From the IMG/VR virus record IMGVR_UViG_3300042484_002248, positions 1 through 29,006 of that record: a DNA stretch of 29,006 nucleotides, one strand, 5' to 3'. A model generated the notes under the pieces. It was not told where the DNA came from, did not search any database, and worked only from the letters and a program-made list of their open reading frames with translations. Numbering within the stretch: the first letter of the stretch is position 1; every line of letters starts with the position of its first letter. Position numbers and translations under genes: made by a program. This stretch comes from a virus (Duplodnaviria; Caudoviricetes). Below are positions 8,208-17,887 of this stretch, in pieces.

Positions 8208-9348
8208 CCCAATTGGGGTGAAAAACTGTGTCGAAATCAGTGTTTCTGATGCTGTCCAGTAATGCGACATATTCGCGATAACGAGCATGTTTCTCAGGAT
8301 TGAAATTGTACTTGTTGACCCAGGCTTGGAAGGTGGGGTCAGGATTTTGTGCCAGGTACTGCTGAAATACTGCAACATCAGCAGGGCTAACGCTGTCAAT
8401 GGTCAATATCCCATGCCCTGAATTATGATAGACTTCGCAGCATTTTAACTGCAAATTATTGCTCTGACAATAGGCCTTGAGTCTGGGCAGAGTAAAGACG
8501 CTGGTGTGCTGTAATACATGTACTGGTAATATGTTGACGTTGGGCATGGTGCGTAGACGGACTATGGTTTCCTCCAGCTGGTGCCATTGACTACCATGCC
8601 TGACATAATCGTTATGCTCAGCCACACCCTCTATGCTGGCATTGACCTGAACTGACCGAAATCGGCCCAATGCGGTGTATATACGTTCATTGAATTTAGT
8701 TAAGTTGGTGTTCATGCTGACCCTGATGACCCGGTCCGGATCCATGGTATTGAGTATGTCCACCACTTCAGGTATCATCATGGGTTCACCACCAGTGAAA
8801 TGGATGTACTTGACGTCACGAGCCATGGCATACAATCTGTCCATGGCACCAGGTTCTTCCCACCAACGTTGAGTTTTTAAACTGGCTTCATTATTCAGTC
8901 GAAATCCACGTTGTACGAATTTATCTTTATGTTTGACATATTCTGCTGCTATGCTGCTGCTGGCATAGGCACCACACATGATGCAGCTGAGATTGCAATA
9001 ATTACCAAAGCGGACCTCCATAAATTCAATACGAGGCTCTGCAGGTTTAATCCAGTGGGTATCAATTTGATATTTGCGGTTTATGAAATGACGCAGATGA
9101 TTCTGACCAGGTATCTGCTCTTTGCTCTTGCAATAGTTGCAACCTGCATTAGGCTGATTGGTCAACATCTGCTCACGCAATTGGCCCATGTCATCAGTCC
9201 ACCACTGGTCAAATTCGTTAAAGGTTTCCTGACTCCGATATTTGGGTGCTGGGTATTTGTATTCGCAGCAGGGCAGTAGGGCACCATTGGTATCTATGAC
9301 CACCTCACGAAAAGGGGCCATACAGAAATTTGCTTTGTCAATTGTCAT
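8200..9348 (-). CDS. Radical SAM protein with N-terminal SPASM/twitch-like Cys domain
   Basis: CNLSCIMC (CX3CX2C), FTGGEP, NTN; N-terminal FCMAPF..G.LLPCC..GCNYC. Confidence 0.9.
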   Translation of the reverse strand: MTIDKANFCMAPFREVVIDTNGALLPCCEYKYPAPKYRSQETFNEFDQWWTDDMGQLREQMLTNQPNAGCNYCKSKEQIPGQNHLRHFINRKYQIDTHWIKPAEPRIEFMEVRFGNYCNLSCIMCGAYASSSIAAEYVKHKDKFVQRGFRLNNEASLKTQRWWEEPGAMDRLYAMARDVKYIHFTGGEPMMIPEVVDILNTMDPDRVIRVSMNTNLTKFNERIYTALGRFRSVQVNASIEGVAEHNDYVRHGSQWHQLEETIVRLRTMPNVNILPVHVLQHTSVFTLPRLKAYCQSNNLQLKCCEVYHNSGHGILTIDSVSPADVAVFQQYLAQNPDPTFQAWVNKYNFNPEKHARYREYVALLDSIRNTDFDTVFHPNWVL

Positions 9349-9355
9349 ACCATAT

Positions 9356-9673
9356 TTATTTGGTATTCAATGCTGGTGTAAATTGTGCAATTATTTCACG
9401 CTCACGGACGTGGGCTGGTTTGCGTCCACGTACAATTTCCAACAAGCCGTAGACGTGGGCAGCAGGGCCATGGTCACGGATGCTGTGGCACAAGCCCCAA
9501 TCCTTGCCCTCAGTCAGGGCACGACGAACGTGCTTCTGGATACGTACTTTCAGGGCTTGACGAACTTGGCCACCACACACAGTGATACCCACGTACTGCT
9601 CACCCGTTACAGTATTGGTGATGCAGTATACAGCATGGCGGGTGTCTTGGCGGCGTTTACGTGTCTTCATCAT
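9356..9673 (-). CDS. Small GIY-YIG family nuclease (catalytic domain only)
   Basis: VYCITN....QYVGIT, R.QKH, RERE.I, LN motifs. Confidence 0.75.
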   Translation of the reverse strand: MMKTRKRRQDTRHAVYCITNTVTGEQYVGITVCGGQVRQALKVRIQKHVRRALTEGKDWGLCHSIRDHGPAAHVYGLLEIVRGRKPAHVREREIIAQFTPALNTK

Positions 9674-9679
9674 ACCATT

Positions 9680-9759
9680 AGTATAGCATTATGCGATTTA
9701 ATGGTCGACAGAAGAATCGCTTGATTTCAAGCGATTTTTAGTGTTGTTTTTACACAACA
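9680..9759 (-). promoter_or_regulatory. Early promoter TCGACC-17-TATACT, 22-nt hairpin (9715-9736) and TGTTG-N8-CAACA palindrome (9742-9759)
   Basis: Direct sequence; the -10 box lies 6 nt before the GIY-YIG ATG. Confidence 0.8.
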
Positions 9760-9984
9760 TTAATGCAGAGTTGGGCCGTCTTCTATGGTCTCAACATCAG
9801 TAATACCAAACATAGCCAATATTTTCAAGATATTTTCTGGAGTTTCGAAGGGTGGCTTTTCAGGGGTGAAAACACTTTTTAATTCACCGTCAGGACCCAC
9901 TATAAAACCATAGTCCTCATCGCCAATCTCAGTATCGTAAATATCATTGACATCAAATTCTTCTTGCGCCGTTGTTTTACTCAT
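9760..9984 (-). CDS. Small acidic hypothetical protein
   Basis: GGAGG SD and TAAATA box at 10007-10012. Confidence 0.75.
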   Translation of the reverse strand: MSKTTAQEEFDVNDIYDTEIGDEDYGFIVGPDGELKSVFTPEKPPFETPENILKILAMFGITDVETIEDGPTLH

Positions 9985-10050
9985 AATTGACCTCCAGCTG
10001 TCATGGTATTTAACTATTTGCGATTAGTTTAACATAACTATATAATCCAG

Positions 10051-10605
10051 TCAAACAAAGAACCCATAGAATATATGGTTGCCTATTTGTTTGATGCGGC
10101 GTAAATGCCAACGTGGGTTAACTGTGACAGAATGAAAGAACAATGCTGTCTCCAGTTCTTTCAGTCGGTATTGGTCCACATACACATGGTATGCGGCCAT
10201 TTTACTCTGTTCCCACCATTTATTATTTAGATGTGGAGTACCATGTATTTGACATGTCCAACTAAATTGACACACAATGAGTCCTTTATAGGGAGTTCGT
10301 TGGTATACTACAGCACAGACATCTTTACCGTAACCACCATCGTCCAGGCGATTCATGGTCACCTGACCCACTGCTATTTTACCTTCCCAGGATTCTGTAG
10401 CAGACTCATAATATATATTACGTGCTAAACAATCCAATTGCCGGATGTCTTTCTTACTTAATGTTGCTGGGACATTCTCTAACGGAAAAACCAATTCCGG
10501 TATTATTGCATGAGCAAAAATATTAGATACCAAGAACATGCTGATGACAAACACACTCAACCATCTAACGGTGCTCTTACAAACGGGTCTGATGATTTGC
10601 ATCAT
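10051..10605 (-). CDS. Cell wall hydrolase, SleB/Hydrolase_2 family
   Basis: CLARNIYYES....GKIAVGQVTMNR, CQFSW, ALFFH, IGNHIFY; N-terminal TM/signal segment; AAGGAGG SD. Confidence 0.9.
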   Translation of the reverse strand: MMQIIRPVCKSTVRWLSVFVISMFLVSNIFAHAIIPELVFPLENVPATLSKKDIRQLDCLARNIYYESATESWEGKIAVGQVTMNRLDDGGYGKDVCAVVYQRTPYKGLIVCQFSWTCQIHGTPHLNNKWWEQSKMAAYHVYVDQYRLKELETALFFHSVTVNPRWHLRRIKQIGNHIFYGFFV

Positions 10606-10690
10606 GTGCCTCCTTTGTTAAGTCGCCGTGCCTAAAATTCAGGCGGGTTCTGTATATACCCTGATGAAATCAGAGAAAACTACTAAGTTA

Positions 10691-10726
10691 ACCAGTTAAC
10701 TACTGTGTTTACTATAGTTAACTGGT
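10691..10726. repeat. Perfect 12-bp inverted repeat ACCAGTTAACTA-N12-TAGTTAACTGGT with clustered GTTAAC motifs
   Basis: Direct sequence in the 10606-10729 intergenic region. Confidence 0.8.
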
Positions 10727-10729
10727 CAG

Positions 10730-12760
10730 TTAATCGAATCTATTGTTGGATCTATAGACTGGAAGCTCACTAGCGGGAACGCCGGCGGCACGGGCCGCCG
10801 ATTTCATAGCCTCTTCAGCATTTATTTTGGCCTGGTCTGCAGTATCATAGCGTCGGCATATGTCATTGCCATTGGGACCACGTGCTGCATCACTGAACAA
10901 TTCTTTACTGGCCAGATCCTTTTGTTTTGCTGCGGCCAAATATGCTGATTTAAGACTTTCAAGATTGCTGGTTTGTGCAGCAGAGATTTCTTTCTTCTCA
11001 TCAGCAACAATGGGGGTGGACTGTCCGGCTGCTGATGAACGTGCCACATTACGACCTTCCACCAGACTGGCCTGCAGGGCATCACCTGCTAAATTGTCTG
11101 TGGCCATCTTGGGTAAGAAATCATTGTATCCCAGATTCTGTATGTCCTGTCCCATCTTGTGTAACTTGCTACCAAATGCCAGGATGGTCTGATAACCTTT
11201 ATTGAATGTCTGAACAATGGCTGCACCCACATTGTCCACCAACTCCAATCCAGCTTTGGCCAGATTGTCTACTTCTTTGGCCAGGGCAGTGACACTAGCT
11301 GTGACACTGGCACCAATGTTGCTGACCAATTTAGATAAATCTACGTTTCCACTCACAGCAGCCTGGAAGGCACTGGTGGCAGAAGTCAATGAACCCAACG
11401 CTGCTGCCACAGCAGGATCGGCCAATACAGCACCAGGGTCTGCACCAGGATTAGCATCAATAAATGCCTTGACTGCATTGGCATATCCCTCAGTGGCAGT
11501 TTGTAAATTCTTACCAGCAGTGGAGTTTTGTAGACTGGTGACACCTGCGCCAGCTGATGTTAGATTGGTGGTGTGTCCAATTCCACCCACTGATCCAATC
11601 ATGTCTTTCATTTGCGGATTGCCAAATAGACCACCGCCGGACCCCAGAATAGGAGCCAATGCTGTTTTAACCGTCGATGGTATCAATTGTTTGATCTGTG
11701 ACAAATATTGCAGGGCTCTGTTTTCAATGCCAGACACCAGATCAGACATCTTGAAGTTGTCGATGCTGGTGCCCAGATTGCTTAATGTACTGCCCAGGGC
11801 CTTGATGGCAGCTGGCCCTTTGGCTGCAATGCCCAATACAGCAATGGCTTGTGGCGGCAACATATTATTAGCTTGCAGTAGTTGTCCAGCATTGAGCACT
11901 GTCTGATAGGGGTTGGCACCAGCTTGTTTTATTATTTTATCCAGATCGCTGCCCTTGATCTGACTCAACACACTGGTCAACACGCTGTCAGGAACAGTAT
12001 CCAACTTAGTGGGATCATAACCAGCTTCAAATATCAGGTCGTTGATGCCATTGCGATCGGCCAGTCCCTGTCTTTGTAGATTGGCTATGAGATTTTTAGG
12101 TCCCAGAGTAGCTGGGCTGGAGAAATCAAATAGAGTTCCAAAGTTTTGCAGACCTTTGCCCACGCTCTGTAATCCTTCAGTCAACCCACTGCTCTGCACT
12201 ATTGCCTTGCCTTTGGCCAATAGATTGGGATCCAGTACACTGGCCAGTCCACCAAATGCATCATTGGCTGCTTTGTTGGCCAATGCACCCAGACCCTTGC
12301 TCATGGCAGTGGTGCCATTGGTGATGACATCCTGGAAGTTGGCCATGTTAACGCCCAGGTCAGCAAAGCTCTTGTTGCCAAATTGGTTCAATGCTGCTGC
12401 GTACTCAGCTGATGCTGACCCAAATGCTGCGCTGCTGTTGAACACACTCATGAAACTCTTGATGCCACGAGCAGGATCCAGTAATGTTCCTGCTGGCAAA
12501 ATACTCTGTGCCTGTGTTAAAATACCTGATGCTGTACCCTTCAATTGAGTCAAAGCTGTCAGACTACTGGGCAATGTGGCAATGGCAGCTGGTATGGTAA
12601 CGCCGCTGTACGTAAATGCTGCATTTAATGAGCTGACTGTGCTGACCAGCGGATTGTTTTGGATTGCAGAAACGGCACTGGTCAGTGCTGTTGGGATCTG
12701 AATTCCAGATCCCTGAACTAAACCAGAAACTGCTATGAGAGAGGTGGGTGTAATAGGCAT
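10730..12760 (-). CDS. Large A/G/S/L-rich helical protein, probably tail/baseplate-associated
   Basis: Composition, adjacency to the PAAR-like gene and hydrolase, TAAATA box at 12766-12771. Confidence 0.6.
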   Translation of the reverse strand: MPITPTSLIAVSGLVQGSGIQIPTALTSAVSAIQNNPLVSTVSSLNAAFTYSGVTIPAAIATLPSSLTALTQLKGTASGILTQAQSILPAGTLLDPARGIKSFMSVFNSSAAFGSASAEYAAALNQFGNKSFADLGVNMANFQDVITNGTTAMSKGLGALANKAANDAFGGLASVLDPNLLAKGKAIVQSSGLTEGLQSVGKGLQNFGTLFDFSSPATLGPKNLIANLQRQGLADRNGINDLIFEAGYDPTKLDTVPDSVLTSVLSQIKGSDLDKIIKQAGANPYQTVLNAGQLLQANNMLPPQAIAVLGIAAKGPAAIKALGSTLSNLGTSIDNFKMSDLVSGIENRALQYLSQIKQLIPSTVKTALAPILGSGGGLFGNPQMKDMIGSVGGIGHTTNLTSAGAGVTSLQNSTAGKNLQTATEGYANAVKAFIDANPGADPGAVLADPAVAAALGSLTSATSAFQAAVSGNVDLSKLVSNIGASVTASVTALAKEVDNLAKAGLELVDNVGAAIVQTFNKGYQTILAFGSKLHKMGQDIQNLGYNDFLPKMATDNLAGDALQASLVEGRNVARSSAAGQSTPIVADEKKEISAAQTSNLESLKSAYLAAAKQKDLASKELFSDAARGPNGNDICRRYDTADQAKINAEEAMKSAARAAGVPASELPVYRSNNRFD

Positions 12761-12796
12761 ACTAGTATTTAACTGAATCCATTATGTGCTGTTATT

Positions 12797-13072
12797 TTAA
12801 CCAGCTTTGGTATCATCACTGGCTTCCTGAATGGTGCCTTCGCCTTTGGGATTGTTTTCATGATATTCGGTGCCGCTGCCTTTGAGGGCCACAAACCTGC
12901 CATTGACCTTGATCGTGTCACTGACATTATTAGTAATGGCCACACCATCATTCATCAGACTACCTTTAAGAGCCACTGGTTGTCCATTGATTTTGACGTC
13001 GTCACTACAATCAGATTCGATTGTATATCCCAGGTCGTCTGCGTCACCTTTACGAGCAATACCGTTGGCCAT
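12797..13072 (-). CDS. PAAR-like spike-tip protein
   Basis: Three repeats IARKGD / V.INGQPVALKGS / I.VNGRFVALKGS and terminal I.EAS.D.KAG. Confidence 0.78.
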   Translation of the reverse strand: MANGIARKGDADDLGYTIESDCSDDVKINGQPVALKGSLMNDGVAITNNVSDTIKVNGRFVALKGSGTEYHENNPKGEGTIQEASDDTKAG

Positions 13073-13389
13073 TATCTCAGTTTAGAACCTTGTGGTAAAA
13101 TTTCCAGACTGGTTGTGGTCTTGATATAGTGTTGCTGTAGCTGGTCCAGTGTGGCTGACTTCATCATGACGTGTGCTTTACTAATGGGAATGTCGGCTTC
13201 AGGACTGGCTGAAAACATGGCCTGCATCAGCCCAATGCCCTGTTGACTGGGCACAACCAGACAGGGTTTACTGAGCAGGAAGTCAGTGGCAGTTTCATCC
13301 ACTACCTTGCCCACGATTTCATCACCGTTGGCTAACTTGAGACTGATGATGTCGCCGACATCGATCTTGCTTGATTTAGAAATTAACAT
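13072..13389 (-). CDS. Sm-like fold protein typical of T4-like phages
   Basis: IISLKLANGDEIVGKV....LSKP pattern. Confidence 0.55.
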   Translation of the reverse strand: MLISKSSKIDVGDIISLKLANGDEIVGKVVDETATDFLLSKPCLVVPSQQGIGLMQAMFSASPEADIPISKAHVMMKSATLDQLQQHYIKTTTSLEILPQGSKLR

Positions 13390-13392
13390 TTA

Positions 13393-13638
13393 TTATCCTT
13401 GAAATTGGGTCCAGAATTCTTCAGGTTTGCTGGCCAGACCCTGGAAGCCACCCTGTATTAATGTAGTGCCGTTGAAAATCTGTGGTACTGACCGCAATCC
13501 CTGATCCAGTAAGAACTCACGTGCTTCTGTGCGAATCTCGATGTTGATGGTGTCGTATGCTACGCCCCGGCTCTCCAATAGTGCTTTGGCACGATCACAA
13601 AATGGGCAATTGTCTTTGGTGTATACTGTTAATGTCAT
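13393..13638 (-). CDS. Glutaredoxin
   Basis: VYTKDNCPFC, RSVPQIF, GGF; lies near nrdAB. Confidence 0.93.
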   Translation of the reverse strand: MTLTVYTKDNCPFCDRAKALLESRGVAYDTINIEIRTEAREFLLDQGLRSVPQIFNGTTLIQGGFQGLASKPEEFWTQFQG

Positions 13639-13979
13639 ATTGTTTTCTCTTGTACTGTTATTGTTATCTTATTGTCTGTCAACCAACGATCAAAATATCT
13701 GCGCCATATGATGTCTTCGGGCTTATTCTGTTTCGCAGCTTCAGCATCACGCCACACATATACAGGTTGATCACCAGGCTGGCGGTCTGGTCCCAGATGA
13801 CTGTCATCTACAACCAGGCGACCTTCTGCTATGGCTTGTGCTCGATATTCTCTCTGTCTACGAACGGCATCCAGAAATTCTGTCTGCTGTTCTGTGGGTA
13901 ACGTACTGATCCAATCGTCTAGTTCAATCCAGGCGCCATCCGGTGCCACTGTGTATTTAAACTCATGGACCACTGCCAT
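13635..13979 (-). CDS. Hypothetical protein
   Basis: Abuts the nrdB stop; ATGA overlap with glutaredoxin. Confidence 0.7.
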   Translation of the reverse strand: MAVVHEFKYTVAPDGAWIELDDWISTLPTEQQTEFLDAVRRQREYRAQAIAEGRLVVDDSHLGPDRQPGDQPVYVWRDAEAAKQNKPEDIIWRRYFDRWLTDNKITITVQEKTI

Positions 13980-15107
13980 TTATAAACTGAAACCCTTGAA
14001 CGTATTGTTGTCTACGTCTTGTTTAGTGCCACCAATTACATATGTGGTGATTTCAGTTTCCTGCGGCGCAACTTGTACATCACTGCCAGCAATCCATTTG
14101 GCTGTCCAGGGCAAGGGATTACTCCCTGGCTTCATACCACAGTCCAGTCCCACAGCAGTCATACGCTTACAGGTCAACCAGTCAACATATTGTGCCAGCA
14201 ATTGCTCGTTAAGACCAATCATGCTGCCGTCTTTGAACAGATACTTGGCCCAGTCTTTCTCTTGCTGTGCTGCTGCCAGGAACATGGCTTCGCATTGCGC
14301 TTTGGTCTCAATCTTGATCAGTGCGTAATCAGCATCGTCTTGTGGCAGAATCTTCAACAGAGTCTGTGTTGATCCCAGATGCACATTCTCATCTCTTGCA
14401 ATCAGTTTGATGACCTTGGCATTGCCTTCCATCTTCTTGAGTTCAGCAAATGCCCAGCTACAGGCAAAGCTGACGTAGAAGCGGATGCCTTCCAGAGCAT
14501 TGACGCTGTTCAGACACAACCATAATTTCTTCTTGAGGTCGTACATGTCTACAACAATCTTTTGACCATTGACTGTATGTGTGCCCACACCCAACATACG
14601 GTACCAATTGCCAATTTCAATCAGGTCATCATAGTATTTGCTGATGTCTCGGGCACAATCAATTATAGGCTGTAGCTCGGTAATTGTGTCAAATACTTCG
14701 CTGGGATTGGCGTACACATTACGAATGATATGGGTATAACTACGGCTGTGAATTGTTTCATTGAATGCCCAGGTTTCAATCCAGGTCTCTAACTCAGGAA
14801 TGGTCGCCAATGGTAAGAAAGCCAGATTGGGACTGCGACCCTGCACTGAGTCCAGCAATATCTGTCGTTTGAGGTTGCTGGTGAAGATATGCTTTTCAAA
14901 CTCAGTGAGTTCTTTGAAGTCCTTGCTGTCACGCCCCAGGTCAACTTCCTGTGGACGCCAGAAGAACCCCAATTGTTTGTCGGTTAATTTGTCAAATTGA
15001 TGGTACTTCAGCGTGTCATATCGCTGCACAGCAGGTGTTCCGTTGGGGTCTAGGAATGCCAGGGATTTGGTATGATCCGTACGATTGTCTATATTAAATA
15101 CACTCAT
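13980..15107 (-). CDS. nrdB: Ribonucleotide reductase class Ia beta subunit
   Basis: FFWRPQEV, LLDSVQGR, ETIHSRSY, EGIRFYVSF, RDENVH, VAPQETEITTY. Start may be 15119 (TAATG coupling). Confidence 0.97.
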   Translation of the reverse strand: MSVFNIDNRTDHTKSLAFLDPNGTPAVQRYDTLKYHQFDKLTDKQLGFFWRPQEVDLGRDSKDFKELTEFEKHIFTSNLKRQILLDSVQGRSPNLAFLPLATIPELETWIETWAFNETIHSRSYTHIIRNVYANPSEVFDTITELQPIIDCARDISKYYDDLIEIGNWYRMLGVGTHTVNGQKIVVDMYDLKKKLWLCLNSVNALEGIRFYVSFACSWAFAELKKMEGNAKVIKLIARDENVHLGSTQTLLKILPQDDADYALIKIETKAQCEAMFLAAAQQEKDWAKYLFKDGSMIGLNEQLLAQYVDWLTCKRMTAVGLDCGMKPGSNPLPWTAKWIAGSDVQVAPQETEITTYVIGGTKQDVDNNTFKGFSL

Positions 15108-15118
15108 TTTCTTATCCA

Positions 15119-17419
15119 TTAAATAACACAACTTTCACAATCTTCTTGATCATCCACACCATCGTCTGTGGCAACAGTGGCGGCTAGTTTATCGATATCA
15201 ATCTCACCCTGTCCATCCATGGTGTTGAAATAATACAATTGCTTGCCACCATATTTGTAGAAATGCAATAAGTGGCCAATCATCTCGCTCATGGGGATTT
15301 TTTCGTCTGGGTAGAACTGAGGATTATAACTGGTGTTGACACTGATGCCCTGGTCGATGTATTTCTGCAACACAGCACAAATATTTAAATAACCCACTGG
15401 GCTTGGCTGTTCCCAGAGCAATTGATATTTGTTTTTAAGACGACGGAATTCAGGAACAACTTGTTTTAGAACACCGTGCTTGCTCTGTTTGATGCTGACT
15501 AGACTACGTGGGGGCTCAATACCATTGGTGGCATTGGCAATCTGCGCCGATGTTTCCGCTGGCATCAGAGCCATGAGGGTAGCATTACGCTGACCAGTCG
15601 ACTGTATTTGAGCACGTAGTTCGGTCCAGGGCATACGTTCCTGATGTGGCACTAAATCATCCACTTCTCTCTTGTATGTATCAATGGGCAGGCGTCCGTC
15701 GGCTGACTTGAGATCTTGCCAGCGCAGACATGGTCCTTGTTCCACAGCCAGATCAGCTGATGCTTTCAGCAGATAGTAACTCCAGGCTTCGGTGTATTCA
15801 TCAATCAATGGCAGAGCCGCAGGATCAGTGTAACTGACATCATTCTTGGCCAGGAAATAAGCTAAGTTAATGATGCCCACGCCCAGTGGTCGGAATTCCT
15901 GGGTGGCCAATTCTGCTGCCCGTACCGGGTAGTTTTGATAGCTCAACAACGCATCCAGTCCACGTACTGCCAGAGTACAAGGCTTTTCAAAATCCGCTGG
16001 CGACTTGACATTACCCCAGTTGATGGCGCTCAAAGTACACAGGGCAATACGGCCCAATTCATCATTGATGTCGTTCAACGGCGTAGTGGGTAGATCAATT
16101 TCTCCGCATAGGTTACTCATCTTGACTGGAGCAATCTCTTCCTTAAACGGACTGTGTGTATTGGCGTGGTCGGAGTTCTGTAGATAGATACGACCAGTAT
16201 CTTTGCGTTCGTTTACATATTTGCTGAAAATATCAATTGCCTTGAAGGTCTTCTTACGCAATTTGGTGTTACGTTCAGCACGTTCGTATAACTCTTTAAA
16301 ACGCTCTTGGTTGTTGAAGAAAGCCTCATACATTTCCGGCACGTCATGTGGCGAAAACAGCGTGATATCGCCTCCAGAAATGAGTCTTTCGTACATTAAT
16401 AGGTTGAATTGTAAGCCATAATCCATCTGGCGTACTCGGTTATCCTCCGTGCCTTTATTGTTCTTTAACACCAGAAGATCTTCCAGTTCATAATGCCAGA
16501 CTGGATAATACACAGTGGCAGCACCGTTACGCACACCGCCTTGGCTGCATGATCTGGTAGCTGATTGGAAATATTTTAAAAAAGGGATAACACCAGTGTG
16601 ATACGCATCTCCATTGCGTATGGGTGAGCCCAGCGCACGAATTCGGCCTACGCCGATGCCAATACCTGCTTTCTGTGACACATATCTCACAATGGCAGAT
16701 GCAGTGGCATTGATACTATCCAGGCTGTCGCCAGTTTCAATCAGCACACAACTACTGAACTGTTTTTGTGGAGTACGTACACCTGCCATGACTGGAGTGG
16801 GCAGGCTGATGTCACCATTGCTGACGCAATCGTAATAGTCTCTGACCCACTGCATACGTGTGGCTGCTGGATAGCTCTGGAATAAAGTGGCTGCTATCAG
16901 CATGTATGCCATCTGGGGAGTTTCAAAAATATCACCAGTCACACGGTTTTGTACCAGATACTTACCACGCCACTGTTCCATGGCTACATATGTGAAGTTT
17001 TCATCACGCTCGTGTCGTATGTAGCTGTCTAATTCATTCCATTCAGCTTCGGTATATGCTGCCATTAAATCGGCGTCATAGAATCCTGATGCCACATTGC
17101 GCTTGACCAATGTTAATAATGGCCAGGGGGTATAATTATTATAAACTTGTTTACGTAGATGGTAGCAAATTAATCTACCAGCTACATATTGATAATTGGG
17201 TGTTTCCTCTGATATTAGATCAGCAGCTGATTTAATTAATGTTTCCTGAATATCTGCTGATTTAATTCCGTTGTAAAACTGTATGTGGCTTTTTATTTCT
17301 ACTTCGCTAGCACTGACCCCAGTAATTCCTTGTGTGGCCCAGAAAACTGCTCGGTGTAGTTTTTCCAGGTCCAGGTTTTCCCTGTTGCCTGCTCGTTTGG
17401 TGACTTGAATCTGTGTCAT
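15119..17419 (-). CDS. nrdA: Ribonucleotide reductase class Ia alpha subunit with ATP cone
   Basis: VTKR.G ATP cone, QFSSCVL, SNLCGEI, LYY, C-terminal CESC; no intein seen. Confidence 0.97.
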   Translation of the reverse strand: MTQIQVTKRAGNRENLDLEKLHRAVFWATQGITGVSASEVEIKSHIQFYNGIKSADIQETLIKSAADLISEETPNYQYVAGRLICYHLRKQVYNNYTPWPLLTLVKRNVASGFYDADLMAAYTEAEWNELDSYIRHERDENFTYVAMEQWRGKYLVQNRVTGDIFETPQMAYMLIAATLFQSYPAATRMQWVRDYYDCVSNGDISLPTPVMAGVRTPQKQFSSCVLIETGDSLDSINATASAIVRYVSQKAGIGIGVGRIRALGSPIRNGDAYHTGVIPFLKYFQSATRSCSQGGVRNGAATVYYPVWHYELEDLLVLKNNKGTEDNRVRQMDYGLQFNLLMYERLISGGDITLFSPHDVPEMYEAFFNNQERFKELYERAERNTKLRKKTFKAIDIFSKYVNERKDTGRIYLQNSDHANTHSPFKEEIAPVKMSNLCGEIDLPTTPLNDINDELGRIALCTLSAINWGNVKSPADFEKPCTLAVRGLDALLSYQNYPVRAAELATQEFRPLGVGIINLAYFLAKNDVSYTDPAALPLIDEYTEAWSYYLLKASADLAVEQGPCLRWQDLKSADGRLPIDTYKREVDDLVPHQERMPWTELRAQIQSTGQRNATLMALMPAETSAQIANATNGIEPPRSLVSIKQSKHGVLKQVVPEFRRLKNKYQLLWEQPSPVGYLNICAVLQKYIDQGISVNTSYNPQFYPDEKIPMSEMIGHLLHFYKYGGKQLYYFNTMDGQGEIDIDKLAATVATDDGVDDQEDCESCVI

Positions 17420-17432
17420 TGATATCTCTGTG

Positions 17433-17876
17433 TTATTCTAATTTTAAGTCTGCTCGTGTGTACTGGTACTGCAACTGCATGGTTTTGTTAAGTGATTTAA
17501 TATTTACGATTTCGTTGTCAAGGAAATTAACAACATATTTACCCTGATCAAATATGGCTAAATGATAAGTTAGTCTGGAAATTTCATCTCGGTATATGTG
17601 TATTTCTGGTGCTGATGCATCGCTGTGACTGCTAAGTGATAAAGTATACACTATTCCCAGGCATTTAGCAAGATCACAATAATAGTTGTCAGCCAATAGT
17701 GTCCAGGGATCGGGCCATCCTGCGGGCTGATCAGCTTCTAAGTAATAGGGGGTGAAAGGACAATTGGACCAGAAATCTGCCGTGTGGGCAATCGCTTGGT
17801 CCAGCGGAAGTGAATCTAGATTTTTTCGAAAGTCACGCCAGCGAGCTATGCGCTCTGAGGCTTTTAATTTCCACAT
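17433..17876 (-). CDS. Hypothetical phage protein
   Basis: 147-aa ORF with WPDPW.L....YC motif, tiles with neighbours. Confidence 0.7.
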   Translation of the reverse strand: MWKLKASERIARWRDFRKNLDSLPLDQAIAHTADFWSNCPFTPYYLEADQPAGWPDPWTLLADNYYCDLAKCLGIVYTLSLSSHSDASAPEIHIYRDEISRLTYHLAIFDQGKYVVNFLDNEIVNIKSLNKTMQLQYQYTRADLKLE

Positions 17877-17887
17877 TGATTGAAATA

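Noticed and set aside
10640-10700. Hammerhead ribozyme-like CTGATGA...GAAA on the + strand
   Set aside because: The 7 nt between the core motifs cannot form stem II, and stem I does not pair next to a valid NUH site; CTGAT/ATCAG is simply a hairpin
10860-12548. Long + strand ORFs (e.g. 11217-11906, 12042-12548; also 707-1240 and 2902-3510 elsewhere)
   Set aside because: They are antisense shadows of well-supported minus-strand genes, with no motifs or expression signals
13980-17419. Intron or intein in nrdA/nrdB
   Set aside because: Both ORFs are continuous and of normal class Ia length
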